From NCBI GenBank assembly GCA_964016885.1, contig CAXHJY010001225.1:38332-102331 (forward strand): a stretch of 64,000 nucleotides of DNA. The letters are read 5' to 3'. A program made the translations under genes and the position numbers. Below, one piece after another: positions 1 to 14,110 of this stretch (position 1 is the first letter of the stretch; the number at the start of each line of letters is the position of its first letter). The stretch comes from Eledone cirrhosa (lineage: Eukaryota). Under the pieces are notes generated by a model, which saw only the letters and a program-made list of their open reading frames with translations, made no database searches and was not told where the DNA came from.

Positions 1-17
1 ATGTGTTTATCTTCGGG

Positions 18-74
<57 letters not shown>

Positions 75-189
75 TCTTTCGCTTTCTTACTAAATGTGTG
101 TGAATATATTGTTGTGTATGTGGCCATTGAATATATGCACATGTTTGTACTTGTGTATTCGTGTATGTGTGTGTGTGTGTGTGTTTGTA

Positions 190-599
190 CGAGGGTCGGC
201 TGAAATATTCATAAGCTGAAAAGTCATAGGTTGTCCAAGATTCTCTCATGGAATGACTAAATGAGGTTTATTTACCCGGGAAAGAAACTATGCAGTTAAT
301 AATAATTGTTTCTACTTTTGGCACAAGGCCAGCAATTAAACAGTGTATTACTGGTACTTTATTTTATCGACCCCGTAAGGATGAAAGGCAAAGTTAACCT
401 CGGTTAGATTTGAACTCAGAATGGCAAAGGCCGTAACTCTATACATCAAAGCATGGCGTCCGACCCTCTACCGATACTGCCAATACACCGCCCTGTATGT
501 AGTTAATAATAATATGAGTTGAAATTAATGCATGCAATATCTCACAACTCTATCATCACTCCTTCGCGGTTAGCTGATGAACTTTTCAGCCTACCCTCG
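190..599. mobile_element. Mariner-type MITE with a nested SINE
   Basis: TIRs cgagggtcggctgaaatattcat (190) and atgaacttttcagcctaccctcg (ends 599), flanked by TA on both sides; a related SINE-free copy lies at ~25812-26018. Confidence 0.7.
306..500 (-). mobile_element. tRNA-derived SINE (Meta-domain-like core)
   Basis: Minus strand: A-box-like tggcagtatcggtagag, B-box-like gagttcaaatc, core gcctttcatccttacggggtcgataaaataaagtaccag; apparent TSD agttaataataat at 293-305 and 501-513. Confidence 0.8.
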
Positions 600-1512
600 T
601 ATTTTATCTGCCGCTGTCTATTACTGCATATGCATAATATCCAACAAAGAAATCTCTACTAGTCGTTTGGCCTGTTAGACATAACTGGCAAATTCCTTCC
701 AATAACACACCACCGTCGTCATAGTGGAAAGGATCTATGTTAAATGGACTATTGAATTGGATCGTCTATGAAATACAGTTTCATAAATAAGATCTGAAAT
801 GGGGCTAAACACATTGTGACTGTGCGCATATTTGTGTGTCTTTTTCTATTCCTTCACATGTGCGTAGATATCAATGTATGAATATATAGATATAATTGTT
901 TGTTTATGTATCCATACATAGATTTTTGTATATGTGTATGTGAATATTAAAGATCCATAAAGATCATATTAAAGACCCTACTACTAGGGTCGATTCTTCC
1001 TCTACATAGTATTCTCACTTCCATTCTCTCTTTCTAACCTGGGGAGGAGTTGGGCTAGGAAAGCCGTATTTTAATATGGCGCCCCGAAAATAGATGTATG
1101 TGTATATGTATGTATACAAAGTGTCCTATAAGCAATAGTGTATTATACTTTTATTTCTATTAATGTAAACGCGACAGAGTAAAGTTACATTAACTCTACT
1201 CCTGTATTTTCATGTCTCCTCAATTTTCTAGTTATGTTTTTTTTTATATAATGAATTATGTGTGATTGTTGTTTGTTTCATTTCTTTTTTGTTTTTTTTG
1301 TTATCACATTTTCAACATTTAAATTTTTTGTTTTGTTTTTGGTGTTGCTATTATTAGCAGTGAAATATTGTTTGTATTTAGTTTCTATTGTTTCTATTTA
1401 GTTTGTAATGCAGTCCGATGATGATATACTATCAATCTGAGAACTTACTATCTACGTCTACCATACATGATTCAATCTCTCTTAATTATTTATGAGGGTA
1501 ATAGGGTAGTGG

Positions 1513-1720
1513 ATTGGCAGTTTAGTAGAGGGTCGAACGCCATGCTTTGCAGCATAGACTTACGGTCTTTTATTATCTAAGTTAAAATCCCGTCGAGGTT
1601 AACTTTGCCTTTCATCCTTACCATGTCGATAAATAAAGTACGAGTCACGCACTGGGGTCGATTTAATCGACTTTCCCCTCCCCCAAAATTACTTGCCTTG
1701 TGCCTATATAAGAAACCATT
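1513..1720 (+). mobile_element. tRNA-derived SINE, same family
   Basis: ttggcagtttagtagagggtcg...gaggttaactttgcctttcatcc...gtcgataaataaagtac. Confidence 0.75.
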
Positions 1721-2632
1721 ATTTATGAGTGTAATGAATGGTTTGAAGAAGAAACGGAAGTTATTTCTAGTCGTCGGAAAGTCTGGCACTTATATATATT
1801 GAGAGATATTATCATTCCTAATTGATCAGACCTATCATAAAAGGCATTTCAAATATAACTTTCCCGGCCTTTGTCCACACATTTTGTACTCTTGACCACA
1901 TTAATTGTCACTGTTTCTTTGCTGGTAGAGTGTGTTTACAGGTAGATTCGGCTACTATCTCCGTTGTCGACTCCTCAGCCACACTCATGGTATATTCTCC
2001 ACTCTACTAATTTTGATACCAAAATGCCTTCGACAGGAGCGGCATGCTACGGTGTGTCATCTGTTTAGATTAGTTCATCCTAACTTCATTAACGATTCAT
2101 CAGGAGAACTGAATTTGTTACCTGTTTCATAATATCTTTTTCTGATACTGACGCAAGGTCAGCAATTTGGGGGAAGGGGAAAGTGGATTATATCGATCTC
2201 GGTACGAGAAAAGGTAAGCTGAGCGCAGCGCTGTGCTCGACGCCCTACCGATATTGCTATACCACCGTACTCGCTATTCCGTAATAAGAAATTCTAATAA
2301 AGCACAAGGCCAAATATCTTTGTGAGAGTGGCAAAAGTCGATTAAATCGACCCCAGTACTTAAAACGTGCTTTATGTGGTGTATGGGCTATTAGGGTTAC
2401 GTCATCTGCAAATTTAAGGTGACATATGAGTTAACCACCTCTGTTGATAGCCTTCTTCTCTCAGTTGTCTTTGTTGATGACTTGCGCTTCTTTCTAACAT
2501 GATTTTGTTACTAGGCAAACACGGAAAAAGATAATTTTATATATGTGCGGTTGTGTTTTTGCGAAAAGGTGCAGGTGTACCTGAATGCGGATGTGTATGA
2601 GTGATAAGCGTATATATAGTATTTATATATAC

Positions 2633-4710
2633 TCTTCTTCTTCTTCGTCGTCATCGTTCACTTATGTCAGAGATGGTTGGGGGGGGGGGGGGGGAGTCTT
2701 CAAACACTCATTCCAGAGGCTCTTTTCAGAAGCAACCGTCTCCAACTTATCCGGCTGTATGCCCAAGCGAGAACAGCTAAGCTCATGAATGTTATCCAAG
2801 CATCGTGCTCGTGGTCTACCCGGTTGGTTTTGCCCGTAAATTTTGTCCAATTCTTTCCTGAGACATTCTAACCACATGACCATAGTAACGGAGCTGTAAA
2901 CTCTCAATTCGGAAAAGTAGTGGCTCTACCTGGAGGGAATCTCTGATCTCTGAGCTACACACTCTATCAAGAAACGTTACTCCAATCACCCTTTGGAGTA
3001 ACCCCATTTCGGCCGCTCGTATTCACGATCGTATTCTTTCAGTCATTACCCAAGATTCATGACCATGGTTAAGAGTTGACATGAATATCTAATTAAAGCC
3101 AGTGAGTTTGGTTTTAACGACTATTGTTCTTCTGATAACTGATTGCTGAAGCGGGCATATTCCTGCAAAGCTCCTGCAATTCTTGCACTTAATTTAGCCT
3201 CTCGCCTTCAATCACTCGTGAATACGGCCCCGAGATACTTGAACTTCTCCACTTGCTTCAGTGGAACTCCATTCTTATAAAGAGTGCACTATGCGGGTTT
3301 CCTTGCGAGGACGTGTGTGTCAGTTTTTGCAGCACTGATTTTCATTCCAGCCATGCAGCACGCGGCATCGAACCTATCATGTGCCAATCTGAGATAACCT
3401 TCTGTCGTGTTAATTAACACCATGTCGTCGCAAATTCCAGCCAACTGACTTTCCACCCACCATTCATGATATCACTTCTAACCCGATTGCATATGCCAAT
3501 CCTGTTCATGTAAATAACAAACAGGAGAGGAGAGGTGACAGTTCGCACCCTTGGCGGAGTCCGACTCTCACAGGGAATGGTGCCCATTTAGCACCATTTA
3601 TGCAAATACAAATACTATGGCATTAGTATAGGGACATCAGGACAGCAAGATGCTGATCATCGATCCCATGCTCCTGCACAACCTTCCACAACAGGTCTCG
3701 AGGAACACAGTCATTTGCCTTTTCAAGGTTGACAAAACAAGAATATACCTCTTGGCATTACTCCCAAGATTACTCGTGTATTTGCAGCAGTGTGAATATT
3801 TGGTTGGCTGTGCTGTGTCTGGTGCAAAACCACACTGGTCATCAGCTAGCCTGGACTCAGCAATCTTCTTGCATCTCTTTGCCAGACACTAAGCAAATAC
3901 TTTACCGGGGAGGCTTAACAAAGAGATCCTTCTATAATTGGAACAATCTGTCTTGTCCCCCTGTTTCAAAATTGGGATTATCACTCCCGATTGCCATTAC
4001 TTAGGTGACTTTCCAGAGATCCAGACCACCCGGGACACGCGAGTCAGCCAGAGAATACCTTCTCTATTTAAGGCTTTTAACATCTTGGGCCAGATTTAAT
4101 CTTCCTCCTGCACTTGTGACCTCAGCCTCGGAGATATTAGTCCCCGCTCCCAGATGCACTTCGTGGACATCCGAAAATGCTCTTGTGAGCGGGATAGGAG
4201 ATCAGCTAAGTATTCTCTCCACCTCACGCGTATGTACCGCTCCGAATATAGAATGTGGAAGGGGGCTTCTCATTACGAAGTCGGCGGATGGTCTACCAGA
4301 ACACTTTATTTGCTGATCTAGAGTCGGATTCCAGCTTAACAGCAAAGTCATACCACGTCTTAATTTCGGACGCCTCCTTGTGGCGCAAGTGCAAGAAAGA
4401 GGACTTATTTCCAAGCCAAGCTTTGTAAGCACCTTTCTTTATTCGGATGGCATCTTTGGCCCCTTGGTTGAACTAAAGGGTCCTCCTGCCATCCTGTGTC
4501 ATATCAAGCCTCTTTCGCTCGCAGCATTTAACAGCTGAAGCAGAAACTGCTGAACAATGTCCACTTTGTCTCAACATCTATCGTTTACTCAGAGAGTTCT
4601 CTGAATTTGGATGCAGTAGTATCTGCATACCTGGTCCTGAATTCCTTACCAACCAATGGTTCCCAATTTAACCTGTAGGTCGCCCTGGACCTGCCAGTTT
4701 TGTGAACTTC
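2633..4710 (-). mobile_element. Degenerate RTE-clade LINE (3' part, RT region)
   Basis: Minus-strand peptides WQSGVIIPILKQG, VGLRQGCELSP, VEKFKYLG, LRYYGHVVRM...GRPRAR; (GAA)n-like tail at ~2633-2650; many frameshifts; 5' boundary approximate. Confidence 0.8.
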
Positions 4711-4784
4711 GTTGGTTTATTTGGCGTTATTATATATATATGTGTGTGTGTCTGTGTGTGTGTGTATATATGTGTATATATATG

Positions 4785-4837
<53 letters not shown>

Positions 4838-4957
4838 AAAGTTATATTTAAATTGTTGGGTTACAACTAGTAAATATTTATAACTGATATAAAAGCACTC
4901 GACAAGTATTTGGAGTATATTTACGATATTAAATAAATGGAAACTATATTTATAAAA

Positions 4958-5037
4958 CCATATTTATTTCATTATATATATTTCAGGGATATCATATTAA
5001 CAATATGCTATGCCTTCCTCAGACAAAATACAATATA
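4958..5037 (-). ncRNA. Minimal type I hammerhead ribozyme (PLE pLTR)
   Basis: tattttgt-CTGAGGA-agg...catattgttaatatg...cct-GAAA-tatata-TA-atgaaata. Confidence 0.75.
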
Positions 5038-5471
5038 AACAGTTTTATAGATAAATAGATTCGACATACCGTAACAACATCGACTTGTATTTGAAAGAGT
5101 TGAATTGGCAGTGAAAAAATTGTACACAGAGAGAAAGAAAGAGAGAAAAAAGGAAAGAAAGACAGAAAACGAAGAAAAAGAAGAAAAAGAAGAAATACAT
5201 GGAACAAAATAGAGAGATGGAAAGATAGATAAAGAGAAGAACTTCATGTAAAGAAGCAGAGAGAGATATATATATAGAGAGAGAGAGGAAATAGAGATAG
5301 ATACATATATATAGAAAACTAGGTAGTGGGACGTCCGTTGAGTAAACGTATCAATGATATATTTATTTATTTATTTATTTATTTATTTAGCTCTAGTATT
5401 AATGTAAGGGAGATATATGGAGAGAAACCAGCTGTTATATAGAGAGAAAAATTTAAAAAGCATCTTGTATA

Positions 5472-7201
5472 ATGCACGAGTTGGAAATTGAGAACAGAAC
5501 ACAACCTTTCGTGCCCAGGAAACCGAAGATCAATATGAAAGATCACAAGAGGAATTTTGAAAATGACTTGCCAGTTAGATTGATCGCACCATCAAAATCG
5601 GACCTGGGCAAATTAAGCAAAAACATTCTTGACAGGGTGATACAGCAAATTAAGAACTTGGATTGTTTATCTAACCTGAGCTTGTGGAAGGTAACTGGAG
5701 AGGTTGTTGAGTGGTTTAAGCAAATTAGATATAACAATAATAATAAGTTTATTCAACTTGATATAGCTAACTATTATTCTTCTATTACCCCTAATCTACT
5801 AAATAAGGCACTAAATTACGCATTCAAACATACTGACCTAACTAGCAATGAAATGCATATTATATTATCGGCTAGGAAAACTTTGATAGAATTTAATGAC
5901 CAACTATGGACCAGAGCAGATAGAGATAGCAATTTTGACATTACTATGGGATCATCCGACTCAGCTCAGGTAACTGACCTTGTGGGCTTATTTTTAATCA
6001 ATTCGCTACATAGGAAAATACCTGGTACTACCGGAGGTTTATATAGAGATGACATGCTTTTACTTATTGATAATAATAACTCTGAACTAAATAGAAAATG
6101 TAAACAAATTACACAATTTTTTAATTACTTTAATCTTAAAATAGAAATTGAGAACAACCATAGAATAGTCAATTTCCTAGATATAACATTAAATCTCAAC
6201 ACATGTCTTCACTATCCTTTTCACAAGTTGAATGAAAACTTAAACTATGTCAACTTTAACTCTAACCACCCCAGATCTGTCAAAAACACTATAGTAAACT
6301 CTGTTCAAAAACGTATCTCTAGGATCTCGTCGAATAGAAAGATTTTCGACGAAAAAGCCCAATACTACAATGAAACATTAGCTAGAGCAGGATATGCTGA
6401 TAAGATTGTGTACATAGATAATGATAGACAAACTAAACAAAATAACAACTATTTTAATTACGGCAACAACCTTAACAACTATAATAGAAAGCATTACAAT
6501 AATTCCAAAGGCCAAAAAAGAAATAGAACTAGGAACATAATTTGGTTTGCCCCCCTTTCTCACTAAACATTAAAACCCACATCGCTAAACTATTTTTTAA
6601 AGCTCTTGATAATCGCTTCCCTAGAACACATAGGTATCACTCAATTTTCAATAGACATACAATAAAATTAACCTACTCATCCACCAAAAATTTAGCACAA
6701 AATATTAATAGAATAAATAATAGGAACTTAAAACCTAGTGATAATAGCATAAATAATATACAAGTTAACAAATGTAACTGTAGAGATAGATCTAAATGTC
6801 CGTTAAATAACAACTGCTTAGTTAAAAATATAGTATACAATTGTAATGTTAATACTGACTCTAATTCTTTTAACTACGTCGGTTCCACATCGACGGAATT
6901 TAAACTTCGCTATAATAACCACAAGAATTCTTTCACAGATCCAAGCAAAAAATCTTCAACGGCACTATCAGGCGTACTCTGGCAACTTAAGCTAGATAAC
7001 GTTAGATATTCGACGGCTTGGAATATAGTCTCAAGAGGGATTCCTTTTAATTCATCCTCTGAGACATGTGACCTCTGCGCAGAGGAGATATTCTTTATAC
7101 TAAAATCTAAAAATTCCCTTAATCTACGGACAAATTTATTCAGTTGCTGCAAACATAGATTAAACTCAACGTTTAAATATAAATTTAAATTTAAAATGTA
7201 G
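5472..7201 (+). pseudogene. 5'-truncated PLE polyprotein: reverse transcriptase plus C-terminal GIY-YIG endonuclease, one frameshift at ~6550
   Basis: ORF 5472-6566: KFIQLDIANYYSSI, FDITMGSSDSAQVTDLVG, GGLYRDDML, VNFLDITL, SNHPRSV; ORF 6542-7201: CNC..CPL..CLVKNIVY, YVGSTSTEFKLRYNNH, CDLC..E..LN. Confidence 0.9.
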
Positions 7202-8525
7202 TATATTTAGTTTGATTTATAATTATATGGGAAACTAGCCGATAAATCTTTGATTTCTTCTTTTTATTCTTTTTATTTTTATTTTTATTTTTATTTAAAT
7301 ATTCTTCATGAAAAATTAAGCTACCCTAAAAGTTGATGCTCCAAATATTTCGAATAAACGTTACACTAGATAAACTTCTATATTAAATATAAGAACACAT
7401 GTAGACCAAATGGGCATCCTAAACTTTTTGAAATGATCTTTGCTAGATGCGATTTGATAGATAATTTTTGGCTTTATCTGTTTTTCGACTCTGATGCTTA
7501 TAATGAACTTGGCAATATATTGTCAATTAATTTTGAAGGGTTGATCTTTGTGGTTTATTTTTATTTTTATTATTGTAGTATTTTCTAATATTTTTATTTT
7601 AATATTTTTAATATGTAATATTTTTAATATGTAATATTCTTTCGTAATATTTTTTAGTTTTCTATTTTATTATTACTTATTATTATTATTGTTATTTTTT
7701 AGTTTTGTTTCTGATATATATTTTTATTAGTATATTGAAATCTGCTCTCTATTTCTGCTTGATAGATAATCTTGTAGAGTAAAGACAGGAATAGTACTAA
7801 TATTGACTCTATATATATTTGTGTGTATATATATACACATATATGTATACTTAAATATTTATACCACAATGAGAATGTTTTCCGTGAACTTAGGGTTTGC
7901 AGAGTTGATCATGTAAATTCACATAGATGTTTGTAGTTATCACATAAACATATGAATTTTTTAAAAAAACTAAACATAAGATCATTAATTTTCACACATA
8001 TTGGATACATGTCTCATTCAGGAATACTGATATTTACAATATAGTGGCTGGTTTTTATACATACTAATACCTCTACATTAAAACATAGGGTTTTTACGCC
8101 TCGCCTATGTCTGGTTATTTTTAAATTTTTCTCTATATATAACAGCTGGTTTCTCTCCATATATCTCCCTTACATTAATACTAGAGCTAAATAAATAAAT
8201 AAATAAATAAATGTATCATTGATACGTTTACTCAACGGACATCCCACTACCTAGTTTTCTATATATATGTATCTATCTCTATTTCCTCTCTCTCTCTATA
8301 TATATATCTCTCTCTGTTTCTTTACATGGAGTTCTTCTCTTTATCTATCTTTCCATCTCTCTATTTTGTTCCATGCATTTCTTCTTTTTCTTCGTTTACT
8401 GTCTTTCTTTCCTTTTTTCTCTCTTTCTTTCTCTCTGTGTACAATTTTTTCACTGCCAATTCAACTCTTTCAAATACAAGTCGATGTTGTTACGGTATGT
8501 CGAATCTATTTATCTATAAAACTGT

Positions 8526-8606
8526 TTATATTGTATTTTGTCTGAGGAAGGCATAGCATATTGTTAATATGATATCCGTGAAATATATATAATGAAATAA
8601 ATATGG
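8526..8606 (+). ncRNA. Minimal type I hammerhead ribozyme (PLE pLTR)
   Basis: CTGAGGA at 8542, GAAA at 8580, palindromic stem III tatata, stem I tattttgt/atgaaata. Confidence 0.7.
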
Positions 8607-8636
8607 TTTTATAAATATAGTTTCCATTTATTTAAT

Positions 8637-9326
<690 letters not shown>

Positions 9327-9814
9327 ATTGTTATACTTTGGGAGGGTCATGTTGCCAATAAGAAACACACGCACCAGTTGCTTTCACTTCAATTTATTAT
9401 ATATTTATAAATTTATAAATTTATAAATCTATAAATTTCTGGTTGGTTGGTTGGTTCCACAACCAGATAGTTGTTTATATATAGTCATAGTTCTTTCGTC
9501 ACACACTCTGTGACCTCTTCAGTGACTGGGGATTCCTTTCTTTGTTTCTGTGCCTCTCCTTTGTTCTGTCCTACACAGAGTGTGTGACGAAAGAACTATG
9601 ACTATATATAAACAACTATCTGGTTGTGGAACCAACCAACCAACCAGAAACTTATAGATTTATAAATTTATAAATTTATAAATATATAATAAATTGAAGT
9701 GAAAGCAACTGGTGCGTGTGTTTCTTATTGGCAACATGACCCTCCCAAATATAACAATACCGGTTTCAACACACGATTTCAGATAAAGAATCTTGCTAAA
9801 CAAATTCAGAAACG

Positions 9815-9816
<2 letters not shown>
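9327..9816. mobile_element. Non-coding fold-back PLE derivative, related to the terminus of the Nematis-like family
   Basis: Arms 9327-9512 and 9574-9759; tail 9760-9816 homologous to the reverse complement of 28547-28592; in (TA)n. Confidence 0.85.
9482..9527 (-). ncRNA. Minimal type I hammerhead ribozyme
   Basis: agtca-CTGAAGA-g-gtcac-agagtgt-gtgac-GAAA-gaac-TA-tgact. Confidence 0.85.
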
Positions 9817-9853
<37 letters not shown>

Positions 9854-11013
9854 CATACATACATACATACACAGATACATGCATATCTGAGTTTATGTTT
9901 ATCTTTGTGCGAATGTTTGTATGTGCATGATAGGGAGAGTAGAGTGGAATGAAATGAGTGACAGCAGGTGGGATTGAATGCTTCTCTCTGTAAGAAGGTG
10001 AGATACATATGAACGTAACTACAGATAAAATTCCATTGCAACTGCTGCTGCTGTTATTATTGTTGCCGTTGCTGTTGTTGTTGTTTTTGTTTACCTGGTT
10101 GTTATCGTTGTTGTCGTCCGTGTTTTTGTTGTTCTTATTTTAAAGGAAGTTGTTAATCATTAACTCAGCCAGTTGTTTGGAATAGTTTATCACTTGGAAT
10201 GCCATTGGCTGGCTACCTACCTCCGTACATTGCAATACGGATGTTGAATGCGGCAAATAAAACATCATTAGTTAAAAGATTGTGGGACAACGCACGAATT
10301 AGACAGTCTAGACAAACAACAAACACACTAACTAGCACAACAAACAAATCACAACAGACTAGTAAATGAGCGAGTCCTCGTGTGGTCTTGTACAATTCTA
10401 GAAAAAGTCATCACATTTCTAAATTTTTCTTATGGTCAGACATATTGGATATTTAAGCCAGAGATACAGGGTCTTCGACATTAAATAATGGAATTTACAC
10501 GTCCAGAACGACTTTTTTTATAGTCTGCATAATCAGTGATGACCGGGGGCTAAATATACAAGAAAAGCAGGCGCAAGGATAAATCCGTAACAATACAAAA
10601 CTTCACTTTCTCAATCTGCATCAACCCCGACAACTTTCCGAATATCTTCGTTTCCCTTCACAATCCCAGCAGCATGTTTAGCCACGACTCCCACTCTTTC
10701 ATCAATTTTACTTCATCTCATATCAAACACTGCATTCATTAATTAGTCCCTTTGATTTGCCTCCACTACGTCTACAACCATGATCATAATCTGACATAAT
10801 TATTTGAGCAATCCCTCACAACATGTGCGTATTACTAGTCCCTAGCTAGCACCAAACATCTTGGGTAAAAGGGAACACGTATAGTTGATTAATATAGCCC
10901 CATTACTTGGTGTGTGCATTACGTTTTCGACACTTAGAAGGATGGGAATTAATTTAACCCAGACACGATGGACTTTAACAAAGAACCCATTGAATATATG
11001 TATATATATATAT

Positions 11014-11109
<96 letters not shown>

Positions 11110-12715
11110 GATAATATGTATAATAATATATATATATAAATATGTAAATAAATAAATGCCTTTTTGCTTTGATTTCATGCTTCAGAAAAGGTTTGACATT
11201 ACAAAAGGAAACACAGATAAGCTATAGCCATCTGTTATGAAAATCCTTTTTATTTTCATTTTTTAGGTTGTGCGGTTTAGAAGTAGACGTCACTATCATG
11301 TTGTTCCTTGTTAATTTCATTGCATTGCATGTTGGACATGCGTCTTATACCATAGCTGTGTCAAAACGAAGCCTTATGAACGAAACTGTGTAGTCAGAAT
11401 CTGCGGGAAAATGAGTCGGTTGGCTTGTGTATGTTTTTGTTTGGTCTATAAATAGTCTAAACTTCGAAATTAAAGGTACACCACGCCAAACTCCAATCCA
11501 AATTCTTGACAGGACATCAGTCCTTCAAAATGTTAAACTCATACCTGTTCATTTTTTAAAATTTTAGTTGAGTGGGTGGAGAAATGTGAAAGGGCCTTGC
11601 GCGTGGACAAATCACGCCGCCTGTTTTAGGAATGGAAACCCTGACTTTACATGAGGCTACCACTATATTCATTACGTCACGTGCTATACATGGCAGAGTT
11701 ACTTAATCGAGCATCCAGTTATCCGCACTACCTCGCTTATCGTTTCCTTCAACTGAATATACATAAATCTTTCTTCAACCATTTACGCAGGTCATGCAAA
11801 TGCATCACAGGCGCTGTCATTTCTTGCACCATAAAAACAACATAACATTTCAAATTGCTGCAGTGATTGCCATGGATATGTAGGAGGTTAGATAGTATAT
11901 AAAATATAATAGGAATCGTTTTATTATTTCCAGAGCATTTGCAACTTGTTGGCCACTCATTCTATCATTACCCATATTGTTTCAGTCTATCTAGACGTGT
12001 ACTAACCACCACCTAAGACCACCGGCTTTTGGAATTTCCTTAGCGCATATATTTTCCCTGACAGACCCCAATTTATGACTATTTAAAAGGATATCTAACT
12101 GTGTCGGTATTACCGGTCAGGAAGGTCTGGGGGGTGTATTTGATTCAGCCTGAAAATTGTATTTGCATGAAACCTTCAGATAAACCCAATTTTTAAAAAC
12201 GTACGATGGCTTGACAGAAAAGGTAGAGTGATGAATGAAATATGTTGACGTATATAAGGTGTGAAGCAATGAAATGAACCGGAAAACACGCGAGAGTAAC
12301 GTCTGCTTCGAAAACATTCGAACTATAAAAAGTATGTTCATAACAACAAATATCTATAGCTATGTGTATGTCTCTCTGTGTGAAGTCGTAACTCTCTTGG
12401 ACCATGAAATCAAAGCAAAAATATATTTCTTTCTTTATGTATATATGTTATAAATATTAATATATTTATTATATGTATCTATTCAATGGGTCCGATGATA
12501 AAACTGAGCATATCTGGGTCAACTTTAACTTTCATCGGTCTGTTGACGGTAAAATAAAATGCACATCAAGTAACAGGGCCGGATTAATCAACTATACACA
12601 TTTACTAATACCCAATTTGGTAGAAATCAGTAATACTTCCCTGTGTATAATTTTGAGGGCTGAATTGAATTTACTCAACTATACCCACCTCGAAACGTGC
12701 TTCAACACTATCATT

Positions 12716-13002
12716 ATGGCAGTATCAGTAGAGCGTCGGACGCCATGCTTTCCAGCATAGTTACGGCCCTTTACGATCTGAGTTCAAATCCGGCCGAGGT
12801 TAACTTTGCCTTTCATCCTTACGGGGTCGATAAAATAAAGTACCAGTAATGCACTGGGTAATTGCTGGCCTTGTGCCAAAAGTAGAAACAATTATTATGG
12901 CAGTATCGGTAGAGGGTCGAGCGCCATGCTTTGTAGCTAGAGTTACAGCCTTTTATGATCTGAGTTCATATCCCGACGTGGAAAACTTTGCCTTTCATCC
13001 TT
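12716..13002 (+). mobile_element. Two tandem tRNA-derived SINEs (12716-12895 and truncated 12896-13002)
   Basis: Each starts tatggcagtatc(a/g)gtagag and has gagttca(a/t)atcc followed by gcctttcatcct. Confidence 0.8.
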
Positions 13003-13121
13003 GTCTATTTGGCTGAGCTGCACACGTGGGTCAACCGAAACCGCGACTAAAACACCACGCCTTGTGTTGCGCATGATTAAGTATCAATCGATACGATTAT
13101 TCGAAATCGAGTTAAACCGTC

Positions 13122-13152
<31 letters not shown>

Positions 13153-13441
13153 ACATATATGTAATGTAGCGATGTGAACATTCTCAAATTGAGATTACTC
13201 ATGCAACAAGCTCGTAAAATCTCCAGCTACAGGACTAGAACTGTTTCATTCGTATGAACGTATGGAATAATCAAGAATGTTTGATGATGTCATAGGAATG
13301 AAATATTTCTAGACTTCTAGAAGTCCTTTCTATATCAACTAATTGTGTTTCCACTCTACTAATGTAATGAGTACCATTTTTAACTGTGTTTACTCCAGAA
13401 TTTACCCAGAATTTACACACACACACACACACATACACACA

Positions 13442-13512
<71 letters not shown>

Positions 13513-13540
13513 TTATATATATTTATATATATATATACAC

Positions 13541-13633
<93 letters not shown>

Positions 13634-14065
13634 CAGGTGTGTTCGTGTGGGTATGTGAGAGACTATGTGTGTATACGTATATATAACCCATATATATGTA
13701 AATACACACAGAGATGAGTATGTAGATACATAGGCTGTAGGCAAGACACACAAATCGAAAGATAAACAGAAGTTTGTACATTGTTGATTCTGTTTTATTT
13801 CATATTAAAGCTGGTTATTTGAAACTTTAATGGACATTTCTGTAGCAGCCTTATAGATGGGATGTAACCCAATCTTTCTTTGTCTCGGGACATGACACTG
13901 GAAATGCAGGCTGCTGTATTAAACTATGGCCACTGAACTCTCAGTTTGAACTGACTTCCAATATACCAGCTGGAAGTGGCGGGAAAAACAACAATAGGTT
14001 AGTAAGCTATGTCAGTAAAGCAGAGCGGTAGATAGACAGACAGACAGAAAAACAAGCTGACAAAC

Positions 14066-14110
<45 letters not shown>

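Larger units (their letters stand above)
4836..8640 (+). mobile_element. Penelope-like element (Hydra-like clade), copy 1, with inverted 5' pseudo-LTR, inserted in (TA)n
   Basis: Arms 4924-5459 and 8118-8640 are inverted; 88-nt tail 4836-4923 on the left only; RT/GIY-YIG ORF inside; HHR in each arm; TA tracts on both sides. Confidence 0.9.

Noticed and set aside
6545-6560. Possible programmed frameshift between RT and endonuclease
   Set aside because: It lies in a C homopolymer (C6 here, in-frame C13 in copy 2 at ~45404), so slippage or sequencing error is the simpler explanation.
12716-12800. tRNA genes suggested by A/B boxes
   Set aside because: The boxes are the heads of SINEs; no cloverleaf is present.
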